From: Malacoraja senta | Lineage: Eukaryota | Reading direction: 5' to 3' | Length of the DNA: 64,000 bases | Assembly (NCBI GenBank): GCA_038087875.1 | Contig: CM075990.1 | Coordinates: 14,076,001-14,140,000, forward strand | In this document: positions 1 to 13,592 of the stretch, in pieces | How the letters are laid out: every line of letters starts with the position of its first letter | How positions within the stretch are numbered: the first letter of the stretch is position 1 | Notes under the pieces: model-generated | Databases searched by the model: none | What the model saw: only the letters and a program-made list of their open reading frames with translations | Told to the model about the DNA's origin: nothing | Position numbers and translations under genes: made by a program

Positions 1-2178
1 TGTAGCTCACTCAAACACTCAAGTAAAGAGTAGTAGGATAAAGGGTACACAGACCATCAAAGTCTAGACCATTGGGCCAACTGATCTGCTTCATCTCTGT
101 TCATATATTGGCTAAATCGCCAATAAATATAAATGCTGAGATGAGGAAAAACCTTTTCACCCAGAGAGTTGTGAATTTGTGGAATTCTCTGCCTCAGAAG
201 GGAGGAAACCAAGTACCTGGGGAAAACCCACACGTGCCATGGGGAGAACATACAAACTCCAAACAAACAGCACCCATAGTCAGGATCGAACCCGGGTCTC
301 TGGCAATGTGAGGCAGCAACTCTACCGCTGAGCCACCATGCCACCCATAAAGATCGGAGTGCTTCCATTCCTGTGAGCTTGTTGATGGGAAACCAGACTT
401 GCTTTGTACAATTTGTAAGTTAATTACGATTATCTAATTAATGGATAAGTAATTAAATCACAGCTCCATGTCGATCCTTACTGAAGAACTGACTAAATAA
501 TCCATCATTTGTTCAATAAAGTGGAATTGAAAGTAGAAGGTTCTTGGTGCTGTCAAACCTCAGACACATCAGGCTCCAGACAGCACCATTGCAATGGACT
601 TAGCATTGCACTAATTTACACTGAGTGAGAGTCAAAAGTCTAAAGTGTTTCACTGTCATATGTACCAACAACCTCACGATAAAATTCTTACTTGCATCAG
701 CATAACTGTAAACATAATACACATGGATAATATATAATAAAGAAAAATCCAATAAATTAATAATCCCATATGATTGTTTTAAAAAGCCTAACATCCTTCA
801 TGCAACCGAGACAGTACATAGTTCAGAGTTTAGTTAGTTAGTGTTGTGTAGTGTTCAATGGCCTGATGGTTGTTGGGAAGAAGCTATCTGGTGGTCACGG
901 TTTTCGGTCTCCTGCACCTTCTTGCCGTTGGTGTGAAACGAGTGTGGCCAGGGTGATGTGGATCTCTGACGATACAGGCTATATTTTAGAGGCAGCATTT
1001 TTGAGGCACCTTCCGTTCGATGGTGGGGAGGTCAGTACCTGTGATGGACCAGGCAGTATCCAACAGACCTTGTATTCTCCTTCATTCCTGGGCGTTCAAG
1101 TTGCCGAACCTGGCCTCGATGCAATCAGTCAATGTACACGCTAATATACACCTGAAGGTTCTTTATTCCATTATTTAAAGTGGCAAATAATGTTACAGTA
1201 ACCTAACAAAATGCTAGAGGCACACAATAATCTGTAGTTAGCTACAAAGAAAGATACAGGCAACTGGAACGCTGAAATTTCATGAAGAATTGGGAGTGGA
1301 AATATTTTAGTGGTGTTTTTTGAGGGATAACAATTAGCCTGGAGACCTCCCCTGCTCTCCTTAGAAATGCAGCATGATCTTATTTAGTTTAATTTAGTTT
1401 AGTTTAGTTTAGTTTAGTTTAATTTAGTTTAGTTTGGTTTAGTTTAATGATACTGCATGGAAACAGGCCCTTGACCACCTGTTCACACTAGGGTCAATTT
1501 ACAGAGGGCTAATGTACAAACCCGATCGTCTTTGGGATGTTGGAGGAAAGCGGAGCACCCGGAGGAAACCCATGCAGTCCAAGGAAGACGTGCAAACTCC
1601 ACGCAGACACACATCCGAGGTCAAGTTCGAACCCGGGTCTCTGGCACCATGATGCAGCAGCACTACCAGGTGTGCCACTGTGCCGCCTTGGTTTGACATT
1701 TGGTGCAGAGGAAAACACCGTGACACTGGTACGGATAGCGCTGCCTCAGTAACAGCTCACAGACTCAGCATAGATGATGCTCAGTGATGGAGTCAGATTT
1801 GAACCAACAACCTTCTGAGTAAGGAGTAAACATCCTATCCATGTAGGTTAAAGAGACAACATGATTACCTAGAATGTAATCGCTATGGATGGCTGACGTG
1901 ACTAATTGCCACTGTTTCTGCAACCGTTGCCAAATTAAAATACAAATATATAACATGTAATTAATCAAATGCAGGGTCTCATTATACACAGACACGTGTT
2001 CCATTTAAAGGCCTCGTGCCATCTGTTCTTCCCGGGAATTTGTTCAATCTGGGCTGCTGCTGCGGAGTAGTGTTCTGACAATGTTGTTTCCTTTGATGCT
2101 GAACAAGGAGTGCACGGTTTTACAGAAAGTCCATCACAAGTGGGGCAGGACGAGGATGTCTCAGAAGGGGGGGGGGGG

Positions 2179-2898
<720 letters not shown>

Positions 2899-3299
2899 TT
2901 TACCTGCATATTTCGAAGAAGAAACACAGTGTGCTGCTAATCTTGAACTAAGCAGACTCGTGCAGGTAACTGGTCGTTAAAGCTGATGAGGCAGGTTTGG
3001 AAAGTGTGTGACCAGAAAGCAGAGTTTATTCCCCTTCCACAGAATATTAAATACAATGATGAGTCACAGTTGAAATGAATGGAACTGTTCCTTCACAAAA
3101 CAGCTGATGGCCAATGTGTGACAGGGACAGGGTCAACGTTCTGATTTTTTTTGGCTGCTGCTTCACAATTTAATTATCTTTTATCAACACACAATAGAAG
3201 GAGCGGATTGGGGGTTTTTTGCCCCTCTTTGGGATACAACACGTCCTCAGAAGCGACTTGCATAAAGTAAATTACTGCAGTATTACTGAAGCGTGGAGA

Positions 3300-4735
3300 T
3301 TCAAGGCACAGGAGACTGCAAACGCAGGGATCTGGATCAGAAATAAACCACTGGCTGAAATCAGCAGGTCAGGCAGCATCTGGGGAGGCCAAGCGATGGT
3401 CAATGTTTCGGGTCGAGATCCTGCATCAGGACTATGAGTGTGGAGGAGAGATAGACAATATACAGAAGTGAGAGGGAAGGGGAAGGCAGAGGCTGATAGG
3501 TGATCAATGATTCAATGGTAGTCACACGTGAACAAGTCACAGGTACAGTGAAGTTCATTTTATATACGGTTCAGCACGAGTACGAGCCACAACCACCCTG
3601 AGGCCAGACATCCTCCTGGTCTCAGAGGCGACCAAAAACATTGTCTTGTTGGAACTGACATTGCCATGGGAGGACTGTCTGGAGGAGGCCCACGAGAGGA
3701 AGATGACCAAGTATGAAGAGCTGGTCATAGACTGCCGTACGCAGGGCTGGAAGGCAAGGTGTATGCCCATCGAGGTTGGCTGCAGAGGTTTTGCAGGGCA
3801 ATCGCTCTACAAAGCCTTGAGCGCCCTTGGGCATCAACGGAGTGGCGAGGAGAAGAGCCATCAAGAACACCACAGATGCAGCGGAGAAGGCCTCGAGATG
3901 GCTCTGGATCAGGAGAGGAGGTCCATGGGGAGGAGCGAATGCCACCTGAACACAAGTCGTGGTCTGATCAACCACGGCTGGGTCGCCTGGGTGAGGGTGT
4001 CTGATGTTGAAAGACCCAAAACACCCAATGACCCCAGGTTATCACTGATGATGTGTTCAGGAGCATCAATAGATGTATTTTTATCAATCACACTGACAGA
4101 GAAGTCCCAGGAATCAAATGAGGGGTGGGATAATGGTCAGGTAGAAGCAGGTGGGAGAGCGTTGAGACAGAGGTTGGTCGGTCACAGGTTGAAACGGGTA
4201 ATAGAGGGATAACAGGCAGGTGGGAGAGTGGCTGGGGGTTAGGAAAGGTGAACAGAGGCAAAAGCAACCCAGTTTGAGAGTATGTGGGTGATGATGGGCA
4301 GAGGGAACCAGCTGGGGGAGGTATTCAGGGGAGAAGGAATGGAAAAGGTGAAAAACTGGAGGAAGAATCTGGGTGGAAATGAGAATGGAATGGAACATCC
4401 GTGTTGTGGGATGCCTGGAATTGGGAAATGTAATGTTCATTCCATTGGGATGTTAGCTATCCAAGAGGAATACAAGGGTGAGGTCCAGTCTGCATTGCCT
4501 CACCCGTGTGAAGGCTGAGGGTCGGTCAGGTATAGAAAGGGGGGTTGAAATGCCACACAGCTCAAAGCTCAAGGTGGCCATTTCTAGAGAGTAAAGGCGC
4601 TTGGCAAAATGGTTGCCTAGTGTATGCGTTGGTCTCCCTGATGTAAAGTGGCCACATGGTGAGCTGTGACTGCAACAGGCCAGGTTGGAGGAGCTGCGTT
4701 AGGCTCTGCCTCACCTAGAAAGGCAGTTTAGGTTC
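3300..4735 (-). mobile_element. Old degenerate Penelope-like fragment, interrupted by the Hero fragment
   Basis: Minus strand of ~4430-4735 shows remnants of VRQ..SSN..C..CG.LYI.ET..LG..FA (GIY-YIG). A hammerhead-like remnant (GTCCTGATGC...GACCCGAAAC) is at ~3405-3433. Confidence 0.6.
3586..4114 (+). mobile_element. Hero-clade non-LTR retrotransposon 3' fragment (restriction-like endonuclease plus 3' UTR)
   Basis: Translates ATTTLRPDILLVSEATKNIVLLELTLPWEDCLEEAHERKMTKYEELV...PIEVGCRGFAGQSL, then after a +1 frameshift GINGVARRRAIKNTTDAAEKASRWLWIRR. This is the RPD..ELT..K..KY RLE motif and a Hero-like C-terminus. TGA at 3947-3949. Confidence 0.85.
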
Positions 4736-5325
4736 ATACACACTTAGAAGGAACATCTTGGTCGGGATGGATAAGTTGGGCTGAACGACCTATTTCTATG
4801 CTCCATGACTCTATCACACTAATTGTCACTTCATATACACCCAGAGTAATCAGACCCTGGGGAGATAGCAATGATCAGCTGAAAGCAAGTTTCAGGGGCT
4901 CCTATCCCTAGAGTCTGCAAATCCCAAATTGTTCATCTTGCTTCATTTCATTACTTTACTGCAGGTCGCTACCAAATATTAATATTAAAACAGGGTTTCT
5001 CGTGGATTTGGCAGTGAGTGATATTCGCTATAAAAGAAAGACCTTAAATATTGCAGCTCCTTAACTCACTATTTAATCATCTCAAGAGTCAGCACAAGTC
5101 AAAACTGATCAATCGCCGCACGTACTGACAATGGAACAATGAAACTCTTACTTGCTGCAGCAAACACAATGACACACAGGTTATATAAAATGATCAAAAT
5201 GACCATGAATTAATAACCACAATACTAGGTGACCATAATAATGCAAAAAAAAAAATCAAAAAAAATAGTGAGACACCAATAATTCACAATCCACAAAAGA
5301 CACAATCCATAAAAGATCATAGGTT

Positions 5326-5421
5326 ATCACAAAAAGCTGGAGTAACTCTGCGGGTCAGACAGCATCGGAGATTTGTGTCTATCTTCGATTTAAGCCAGCA
5401 TCAGCATGCTCCTTCCTACAC
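5326..5421. mobile_element. Short Penelope-derived fold-back insertion
   Basis: Inverted pLTR pieces with a 14-bp TSD AAAGATCATAGGTT (5312-5325 and 5422-5435). Confidence 0.75.
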
Positions 5422-5974
5422 AAAGATCATAGGTTGTTGAGGTTAGTGTTGTGCAGAGTTCAAGAGATTGATGGCTGTTGGGAAGAAGCCGCTCTTGAAC
5501 CTGATGCGATCTCAATGGGATTCATGCAGTCAATTCCTGCAGAGCTGTTTAATACAGCAGCTATTTCACACCAAGCAATAGCGATGGGGTGTAAAACGTG
5601 ACAGCCAATTGTCAGTGGTCACGGGGGAAGATTGTTGGCATTCACAGTGTCAGCAGTGTGTAAGACCCGCGCTATGACATGTATGGAACACCGAATAGAT
5701 ACATCACTCCCTCAATCACTCATCTGCCCTCGGAGATGATCTGCCACCTCACCAACACATCTCAGTGCCCTTCTGTCAGATTTTTGTTTTCACCATGGAC
5801 ATCCTGGAAAGTTTAACTATATTAAAGGAACTCTACAAATGCAAGAGCCTTTTCACAACTACAAGGGTTGTAGTTGTGAAAAATAAAGTAGCAGTTTTTG
5901 AACTAGAGGAAGAAAGTTCTCCCAAACATTCTGCCCTGCGTTTATCCACAAGCCAAATTGGTCAGTAACATCGC

Positions 5975-6187
5975 AGGAGGGAACTGCAAATGCTAGTTTA
6001 AATCAAAGATAGACACAAAAAGCTGGAGTCTCTCAGCAGGACTGACAGCATCTCTGGAGAAAAGGAATGGGTGACGTTTCGTGTCGAGACCCTTCTTCAG
6101 AAGGGTCTCCAACTGAAATATCACCTATTCCTTTTCTCCAGACATGCTGTATGCCCCGCTGAGTTACTCCAGCTTTCTGTGTCTATC
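5975..6187. mobile_element. Penelope-derived fold-back insertion
   Basis: Two inverted copies of the GACACAAAA.GCTGGAGTAACTCAGC...CCCTTCTTCAG repeat. Confidence 0.75.
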
Positions 6188-7504
6188 ACCAGTAACAGTG
6201 GTTCCTGGAGAACACAGAGAGGATATTTGGAGACATCCTCTCAGATCTCAAAAGACACAGATTATCTGGTCATTATTACATTGCTTGTTGTGGGATCTTG
6301 CTGTTTGTTCTGATTAACTGTCTGGTTTCTTATTCAAAGACGACTAACTTCCTTGGATATTGTGAACGAGCTTCCTTTCTCACATCACAAAAATGCCAGA
6401 GTAATTCAATGGGTCAAAGGTAACTCAATTGGAACCCTTCTCTATGCTGATGGGGAAAGATGGAGCTAGAACGGAACCTAGCACGGAACAGATGGTCAGA
6501 CAAAGGCCAGAGGCAATAAGGCATAAGACTGTGAGATAAGGAGATAAGAGGCTTGAAATGGGAAGCCAGAAGAAGGGAAGATGGATGGGAGAAGGGGAAA
6601 AAGGGTCAGGATTGGGGGAGAAATGGGTGCACATCCATGTGGGGCATAGGGAAGGGAGAGGGGAAAATCCACAGAAGGACATGTTTGAACTAATTGCATC
6701 TCATGCCTGCTAATATTATTTGCTATTGTCTTCTCAGTGAGGTTTCTTCCTGCGTGGGATAGGATCACCAAACACTCTCCTTATTTTTCTTCAGGGACCA
6801 CCATTGCTGGTGCAAGAGTGGGTTCCGGGGTCAGTCTGAAGAAGGGTCTCGACTCAAAACGTCACTCATTCCTTCTCTCCAGAGATGTTGCCCGTCCCGC
6901 TGAGTTACTCCAGCGTTTTGTGTCTATTTCTTGGAACAGTTTTCGGAGCCTTCCCCACTAGGCCTCTGCATGAGGGGCTCAGAGGATTAAACAGGAGACG
7001 TGTCAGTGGAACAGAAGAGTTAAAGGGTTAATATATAAAACGCAGAAAAATGCAGCAAGGCATGCGCGGGCGACTACCATGGAAAGTCTGCAGGACAGGT
7101 GAACAAGATGACTGATTCACCTGCCAGGGCTTTTAATTAGCATCATTAACACATCTGTGCCGGGATGACAGAAACCGTCTTATTCCTTCTGACCAGGAAA
7201 GGTCACATTATTACAAAGTTATTAAATTGTGCTCCCTGTGAGTGCCTGAAGGCTAGAGCATCTAATTCAATTGGGCTGTCATGTTCGATAGGTCTAACAA
7301 GGGGAAAGGAGACATGGGATGCAATTAGTTCAAACATGCCTTTCTGTGTATGTCAATTGGTTCAGGACTAATGGTAACACTGGTCCCTAACACATTCCCT
7401 CCTTCCATAGGGTGCTCATCGTGTGTTTCACTGCACCGAGGAACAAGCAGCGATCGGCACCGAAGCACAGAAGTGGTATTTGGAGAGGAGACAGCGCTTG
7501 CTCG

Positions 7505-7940
7505 AGAGAGAGGGGGGGGGAGAGGGGGGTCGGGACGACAAAGGGGGGATGGGAGAGGGGGGACGGCGAGAGGGGGCGGAGAGAAGGGACGGAGAGAGGG
7601 GATAGAGAGAGGGGACGGGACAGGGGACAGAAAGAGGGTGGAGAGAAGGGGGAAGGTGGAAGAGAGGGGGAGAGAGGGGGGGGAGAGAGGGAGGTGGAAG
7701 GGGGGGAGGGAAGGGGAGGCTGGGAGGGAGAGCGGAGGGGGAGGAAGAGGGGAACAGGAGAGTGAGGGAGAGGGAGAGAGGTAGAGCGGGAGAGGAGGGA
7801 GAGGAGGGAGGGAGAGAAGGAGGGAGGGAAAGGTGGGGAGGGAGGTAGAGGAAGGTGAGGAGAGAGGAAGAGGGAGGAAGGGAGAGAGAGAAAGAGATGG
7901 GGTGAGAGAGTGGGAGAGGAGGGAAGGGAGAGGAGGGAAC
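7505..7940. repeat. Polypurine (G/A) low-complexity tract
   Basis: Directly visible. Confidence 0.95.
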
Positions 7941-8899
7941 AAATGTTCCAGTTTTCCAAGGTTTGTTGTAAATAAACACTCTGCCTTTCTGTGCAACTGT
8001 TCTGGCCAGGATCAGGCTGGTGAATCATCACTTCTATTTGGGTTCACTTGCTGAGCAAAATATTATTTGTCTTCTCAGTGTGTTGGGCGTGCGTCACCAG
8101 CAGGCAGCTGTTCTACTTGTTGATGGAGGCAGTTGAAGTGTTTTTTATCCCTTCGTTCCTGTGAAAGCTCTGATGTTCCGTTCTTTGTCCTTGATCAGTC
8201 TTGGTAGACACAATAGTGATTAGGAGCATCTGCATTACGATATAGTGGCTTAGTCTTCACCAGACACTGTGTCAAAGAAACACCTGCTGAATGCAGCAGA
8301 ACCAGAGCTAAAACAAGAAGGCTCGTAATTACAATGCTCCTTATTCCAATTCTCAGCAACGTCTTAAGAGTCTTGATTAGTGGGGGTGCCAGGGATTATG
8401 GGGAGAAGGCAGGAGAATGGGGTTGAGAGGGAAAGATAGATCAGCCATGATTGAATGCCGGAGTAGACTCGATGGGCCGAATGGCCTCATTCTGCTCCTC
8501 GAACTTATGAAGAGTCCTTAACAGCCTTCCTTTTAAGCGTAGTAATGATTGTTGTAGACAAAGGTGGAAGTAAAAATGTTGCATTGCAAGATCCCACAGC
8601 GGGAGGTGTGAAAGTGCAAATTGTTTTGGATTATAATTGTTTGTAATAATTGCCAGGGTGAACTACCCACTGTGGCGACCTTCAGAATTTTTTAAAAGCG
8701 CCCCTCTTTTCCACATCTCCCCCTCCCACCATACACACACACACACACACACAGGCAGGGAGGCTGGTGTTTTGTGCCCTAACTAAATAATGAGAAGTAC
8801 AATGAGACATTACCCTTGGACACATCAAGGCTTACACTGAGCATGCCATTTATTACATTGCCCTCAGAGGAAGTGGAGGGTTGTATTAACGTGCTCCCT

Positions 8900-10290
8900 G
8901 TACACTACTTGCATCCACCTGTCAGTGCTCACCAACCATCACAATCTGGGTGCCTGCAGCGCAAGTGTGGCAAGGCTGATGTGGAGATGGAGAGGGGGGC
9001 GGTTGGATGGACATGGACCAAGATCCACAAACAGGGACACCTCGTGTGTATCAAACATCTGGGTACAGGTGTGTACTGGGCTCTGGACCTCATCATCACC
9101 TGTTCCCAGACCAAGACGAACATTCCAGAAGTGAGATGAGAGAGTTTGCTCCTGATATCAAGGTGGCTGTTGACTGAGTCCAGCATCAAGGAGCCCTGGT
9201 ACAACTCTAGTGAATGGACATCAAGTGAAAGATATCAAAATGGTTGTGGTCATGTCTCATAGTCGGGACAATAGTTGGCCCTGTTGGATGCCAATCATCT
9301 CAGGCCTAGCAGATGATAACAGAGGCTCCTCATTGTAAGGTCCTCAGTCTATCCATCTACATCAACGCTACTTCAATCACCCTGCTTCTATCATTAATTG
9401 AAAAGTGGGGATGTTAGCTGATGATTGCACAATGTTCAACTACTTTCAATTATCCTCAGCAAATGAGTAGGGAGGAACTGCAGATGCTGGTTTAAACCAA
9501 AGATGAAGAAGGGTCTCGACCCGAAACATTACCTATTCCTTTTCTCCAGAGATGCTGCCTGGCCCGCTGAGTTACTCCAGCATTTTGTGCCTATCCTCAG
9601 CAAATGAAGCTGCCTTATCTTTAAGTAGCAAGACTGAGACAATATCCAAGCACAAATAAAATTGGCATGAAAAAAATTCACACTTCCCAAGGCAATGACA
9701 ATGCCCAAACAAGGAGTGTCTAAACTTCCATGGCCTTGTCATTTCTGAATCCTCCACTATCTATATCATTGATGTCACCATTGATCATGAGTTGTTGAGA
9801 GAGAGACTCTGTGATCAATGACTGACCTCCTGACAATATTAGTCATAATAGATGCAATACTCTCTACTTCACTGGATGAATGTGGCTCTAACACTCACTC
9901 ACGAAGCTTAAAGCCACCCAGCACAAAGCAGCCCACCTGAGTGCCACCCATCATCAGATCAAACTCAATTCTTCCTCCTGCTGCCAAACAATGGCTGGAT
10001 TGTGCACTATCAACAAAAGGTACTGCAGTTACTGGCCTGGGTTACTCCAGCAGAACTTCTAAACCATGACCTCTATCATCACGAAGGACAGGAAAACACA
10101 GAGATATCGCCTGTGGATTCCCTTCCATTTGTTGGAAATATATTGTCGTTCCTTCACCATTGTCTGGTCCAAAGCCCAGAACGCTCTCCGCAATACTTTC
10201 ACCAGAGACGCTCAAAAAGTTGGCTCACCGTCACTTTAAAGGCATTTAAGGATGGGCAATAAATGTTGGCCAATGATGCTCAAATTCAAC
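8900..10290 (+). mobile_element. Old degenerate CR1-like LINE
   Basis: RT motif remnant MLADDCTMF at ~9411-9437 and tail AAGGATGGGCAATAAATGTTGGCC at ~10248-10271. Confidence 0.55.
9467..9591. mobile_element. Penelope-derived insertion inside an old CR1-like RT
   Basis: 16-bp TSD TATCCTCAGCAAATGA (9451-9466 and 9592-9607). Confidence 0.8.
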
Positions 10291-10608
10291 AAAACTAATT
10301 TTATAAAATTACATGTTTACAGCTAACGGATTATTTTGGAAGACATCAAAGTGCTTGCCTGGCTCAGCTCAGAGTATTTGGTTGCCTCAAGCTCTGTGCA
10401 TGAGGATTATATAATCAGGGATGGATTCAGCCCTTGGGCTCTTTACATGTGCAACACCTTCAATCTCTTTCCCAGGGACTTAAATGCAAAAGGCAAGTGA
10501 GCTCCAGACTCTAAGCACAACCTTCAGTGCGAGCTGCAAATTTGCAGATGCCCAGCTCAGATCAAAGAGCTTCCTCTCGCTGCATTTCCCACTGGATTCA
10601 TCAAGAGC

Positions 10609-11012
10609 TATGAAGAGCTGGTCATAGACTGCCATAAGCAGGGCTGGAAGGCAAGGTGTATGCCCATCGAGGTTGGCTGCAGAGGTTTTGCAGGGCAATC
10701 ACTCTACAAAGCCTTGAGCGCACTTGGGCATCAACAGAGTGGCGAGGAGAAGAGCCATCAAGAACATCACAGAGGCAGCGGAGAAAGCCTCGAGATGGCT
10801 CTGGATCAGGAGAGGAGGTCCATGGGGAGGAGCGAATGCTACCTGAACACAAGTCGTGGTCTGATCAACCACGGCTGGGTCGCCTGGGTGAGGGTGTCTG
10901 ATGTTGAAAGACCCGAAACACCCAATGACCCCCAGGTTACCACTGATGATGTGTTCAGGAGCATCAAGAGATGTATTTTTATCAATCACACTGACAGAGA
11001 AGTCCCAGGAAT
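10609..11012 (+). mobile_element. Second, shorter Hero-clade 3' fragment
   Basis: Near-identical to ~3712-4114, with the same frameshift and the same 3' end (GAAGTCCCAGGAAT). Confidence 0.85.
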
Positions 11013-12822
11013 TCAGATCTTCACCAAGGTCAGCAAAATCACCGAGGGGAGAGAACCGGAGGAGGGGAGCTGTGCGTGGCAGAGGAAGTGAAGAAGAGAG
11101 TTGAAAATGCAGGAGGGAAGTGGAGATGAGGTTGAAGAAGAGGGGATGGGAGGTGGGCTAAGAGGAAGAAGCCAAAGCTGCACATGGAGGTGGCATGAAA
11201 AACCAAATGCTGGAAGAACTCAGAGGTTCAAGCAGCATCCGTTTAATCAATTAACCTACAATCCATCTACGGAATGTAGGAGGAAACCGGAGCACCCAGA
11301 GAAAACCCACAACAGTCGCAGAGAGAACGTACAAACTCCATGCAGACAGCACCCGAGGTCAGGATCGAACATGGGTCTCTGGCATTGTAAGGCAGCAACT
11401 CTACCGCTGCACCACTGTGTCACCCTGAGCCAAATTGGCACACGCCATGAGCAAAAATCCTCCTCCTGATTAATATTAATTCCAGCCTCTTTCATCTGAT
11501 GAACCAGTGCTCATCTGAGTTCACTAACTCCTGGAAGTGCTGGATCAACCCAATGTCTCTGGAAAACATAGATAGGCAACATTTTGAGTCGAGATCCTTC
11601 TTCAGACTCAACATGGACAAGCAACATTATGGGTCGGGACCCTTCTTCAGAGTGGCGTTTTGGGTTGGGACCCTTCATTAGGTAACAGAAGGTGTTCTGG
11701 ATGGAGGATGTGAAAGGTAGAGAAGATAGACGCAAAAAGCTGGAGTAACTCAGCAGGACAGGCAGTATCTCTGGAGAGAAGGAATGGGTGACATTTCGGG
11801 TCGAGGCCCTTGTTCAGACTGTAGAGAAGGAATGGTCGGAGGTAAAATGATGAAACTCGCTGAAAATGGGAGTCGGCAAGATTGGATATTTTTCTTCTAA
11901 ATATACCACTTGATGTGTTCCCATTCGCATTCTTCTTTCAAGCTAATCTCCACTGCAGGGCCAGGCCGCTAATTAGTTTCTCATGCCTCTTGTTTATCTG
12001 CACTTCTCCCCAAATAGAATTCAAATCATTATCTCGACTTCAGTCCCATCAGAGAATTTGGTTTTGTGTGTTTGCTTTCGATGCATCTCCCACATCTTGG
12101 AAATGTTTAAAATGTAGTGATATATAATCCCTGCTGCTCAGAATGGGTTGTCATAACAACAAAATAATAACAGCATCAGTGGAATCTCAGCTTCTTTACA
12201 CTGATGAAGGAGAAAATTAAACATCACAATAACGTGATGATCACTAAAGGAACCAAGGCTAGGGGTGTTTTGGTCTATTCAAAGCCCCGACAGACATAGG
12301 AAATTATGTCCCACATCACAAGCCACTTAATTTACCCTTTACTGCTTCTCATTTCTGATTGCTTCACACATACAAAACAAAATCTCCCCAAAGCCATTGT
12401 AAAATCAGAGGTAGAATTATCATATTTTGTTAAATATGGGGGTCAGGCTAATGGGCAGAAGGCAGGAGGATGGGGTTGAGAGGGAAATATAGATCCGCTA
12501 TGATTGAATGGCGGAGTAAACAATGGGCCGAATGGCCTAATTCTGCTCTCATACCTTATGAACTTATGTTTTTGATATTTCTTTATGACATAGAAGGAAT
12601 GCATCAAGTCCACACAGACTCACTGACCAACCCCATCCTGCCAATAATTTTCACTCTAACCACTCTCTCATCAATTCCAGCACTTACCCACCCAATATGT
12701 CCAGTTTGCAATGGACTATTAACCTACGTTCATGTTCATAAGAGATAGGAGCAGAATTAGACCATTCGGTCCATCAAGTCTACTAAGCCATTCAATCATG
12801 GCTGATTTATCTTTCCCTCACA

Positions 12823-13161
12823 ACTCGTAGGTTTAGTCGTAGTAGGTCGGCATGTTAGTCGTAGGTAATCGAGGGTAGTCGAACGTAGTCGTAGATAGTC
12901 TTCATCAGAGTTGAAGAGAGGTCGAAGGGAGGTCGAAGGAGATCGAAGGAGGTCGTCTTCACTCTCCACTATTCGGTGTCCAATTTTCCCCAAGTTAGTT
13001 GTAGCTAGTCGATGCTAGTCGAAGCTAGTCTTCAACATATTCGAAGGAGGTCGAAGGAGGTCTTCTACATAGTCGAAGGAAGTCTTCAACATGACATTTT
13101 TTCAAACTATCCTAAACTCTTCTAAACTCGCCAATTAGGTCGCCCAAGTGGGACAGCCCCT
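12823..13161. mobile_element. Truncated Harbinger-type element (one terminus) inserted in a CR1-type 3' tail
   Basis: Ends AGTGGGACAGCCCCT followed by TTA. Interior has GTCGAAGGA/TAGTCG subrepeats. Flanks are minus-strand CR1 tail sequence. Confidence 0.8.
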
Positions 13162-13592
13162 TTACTAACCAAGAATCTCTGCCTTAAAAATATCCATTTA
13201 CTTGGCCTCAAACCTGCAAGGTTTTACTATGTGAGGGGAAACCCGAGCACCCGCAGGAAACCCACGTGGTCACAGGGAGAATGTGTACACTCCACAGTGT
13301 ACAGCACTTGAGGTCAGGATTGAACCCAGGTGGCTGGAATTGTGAGACAGGGGCTCCATCAGCTGTGCCACTCTCCTGACCATAGAAGGAGGCCATTCAG
13401 CCCTTCCTGTGCAAACCATCTGAGAAATAATTGTTTGGACTGATCCCATTTTTATCTATCACCATACATTTGTTATGGTCCTCATTCAAATACACTGACC
13501 ATTTCTGTCTCCATAACCCTTTCAGGCCATGAGTTCCAGGCCCACGCCACCAGTCTTTGGGTGAATATTTGGGACAAGACTTTGATTATGTT

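Noticed and set aside
6831..6876. Functional hammerhead copy (also ~45470)
   Set aside because: Core boxes are mutated (GAAA to AAAA here; CTGAAGA to CTGAAAA at ~45470).
7325..8054. Pro/Ser/Leu- and Gly/Glu/Arg-rich ORFs (also 25359-25700)
   Set aside because: Artefacts of polypurine tracts.
10892..10950. Canonical hammerhead in the Hero 3' UTR (GGGTGTC / GAAACACCC, CTGATGA)
   Set aside because: The boxes are not in a type I, II or III order and there is no room for stem I. Kept only as an unclassified structure.
10943..10994. C/D-box snoRNA-like pair (CTGATGA ... CTGA)
   Set aside because: Lies within a retroelement tail, with no terminal stem or recognisable guide.
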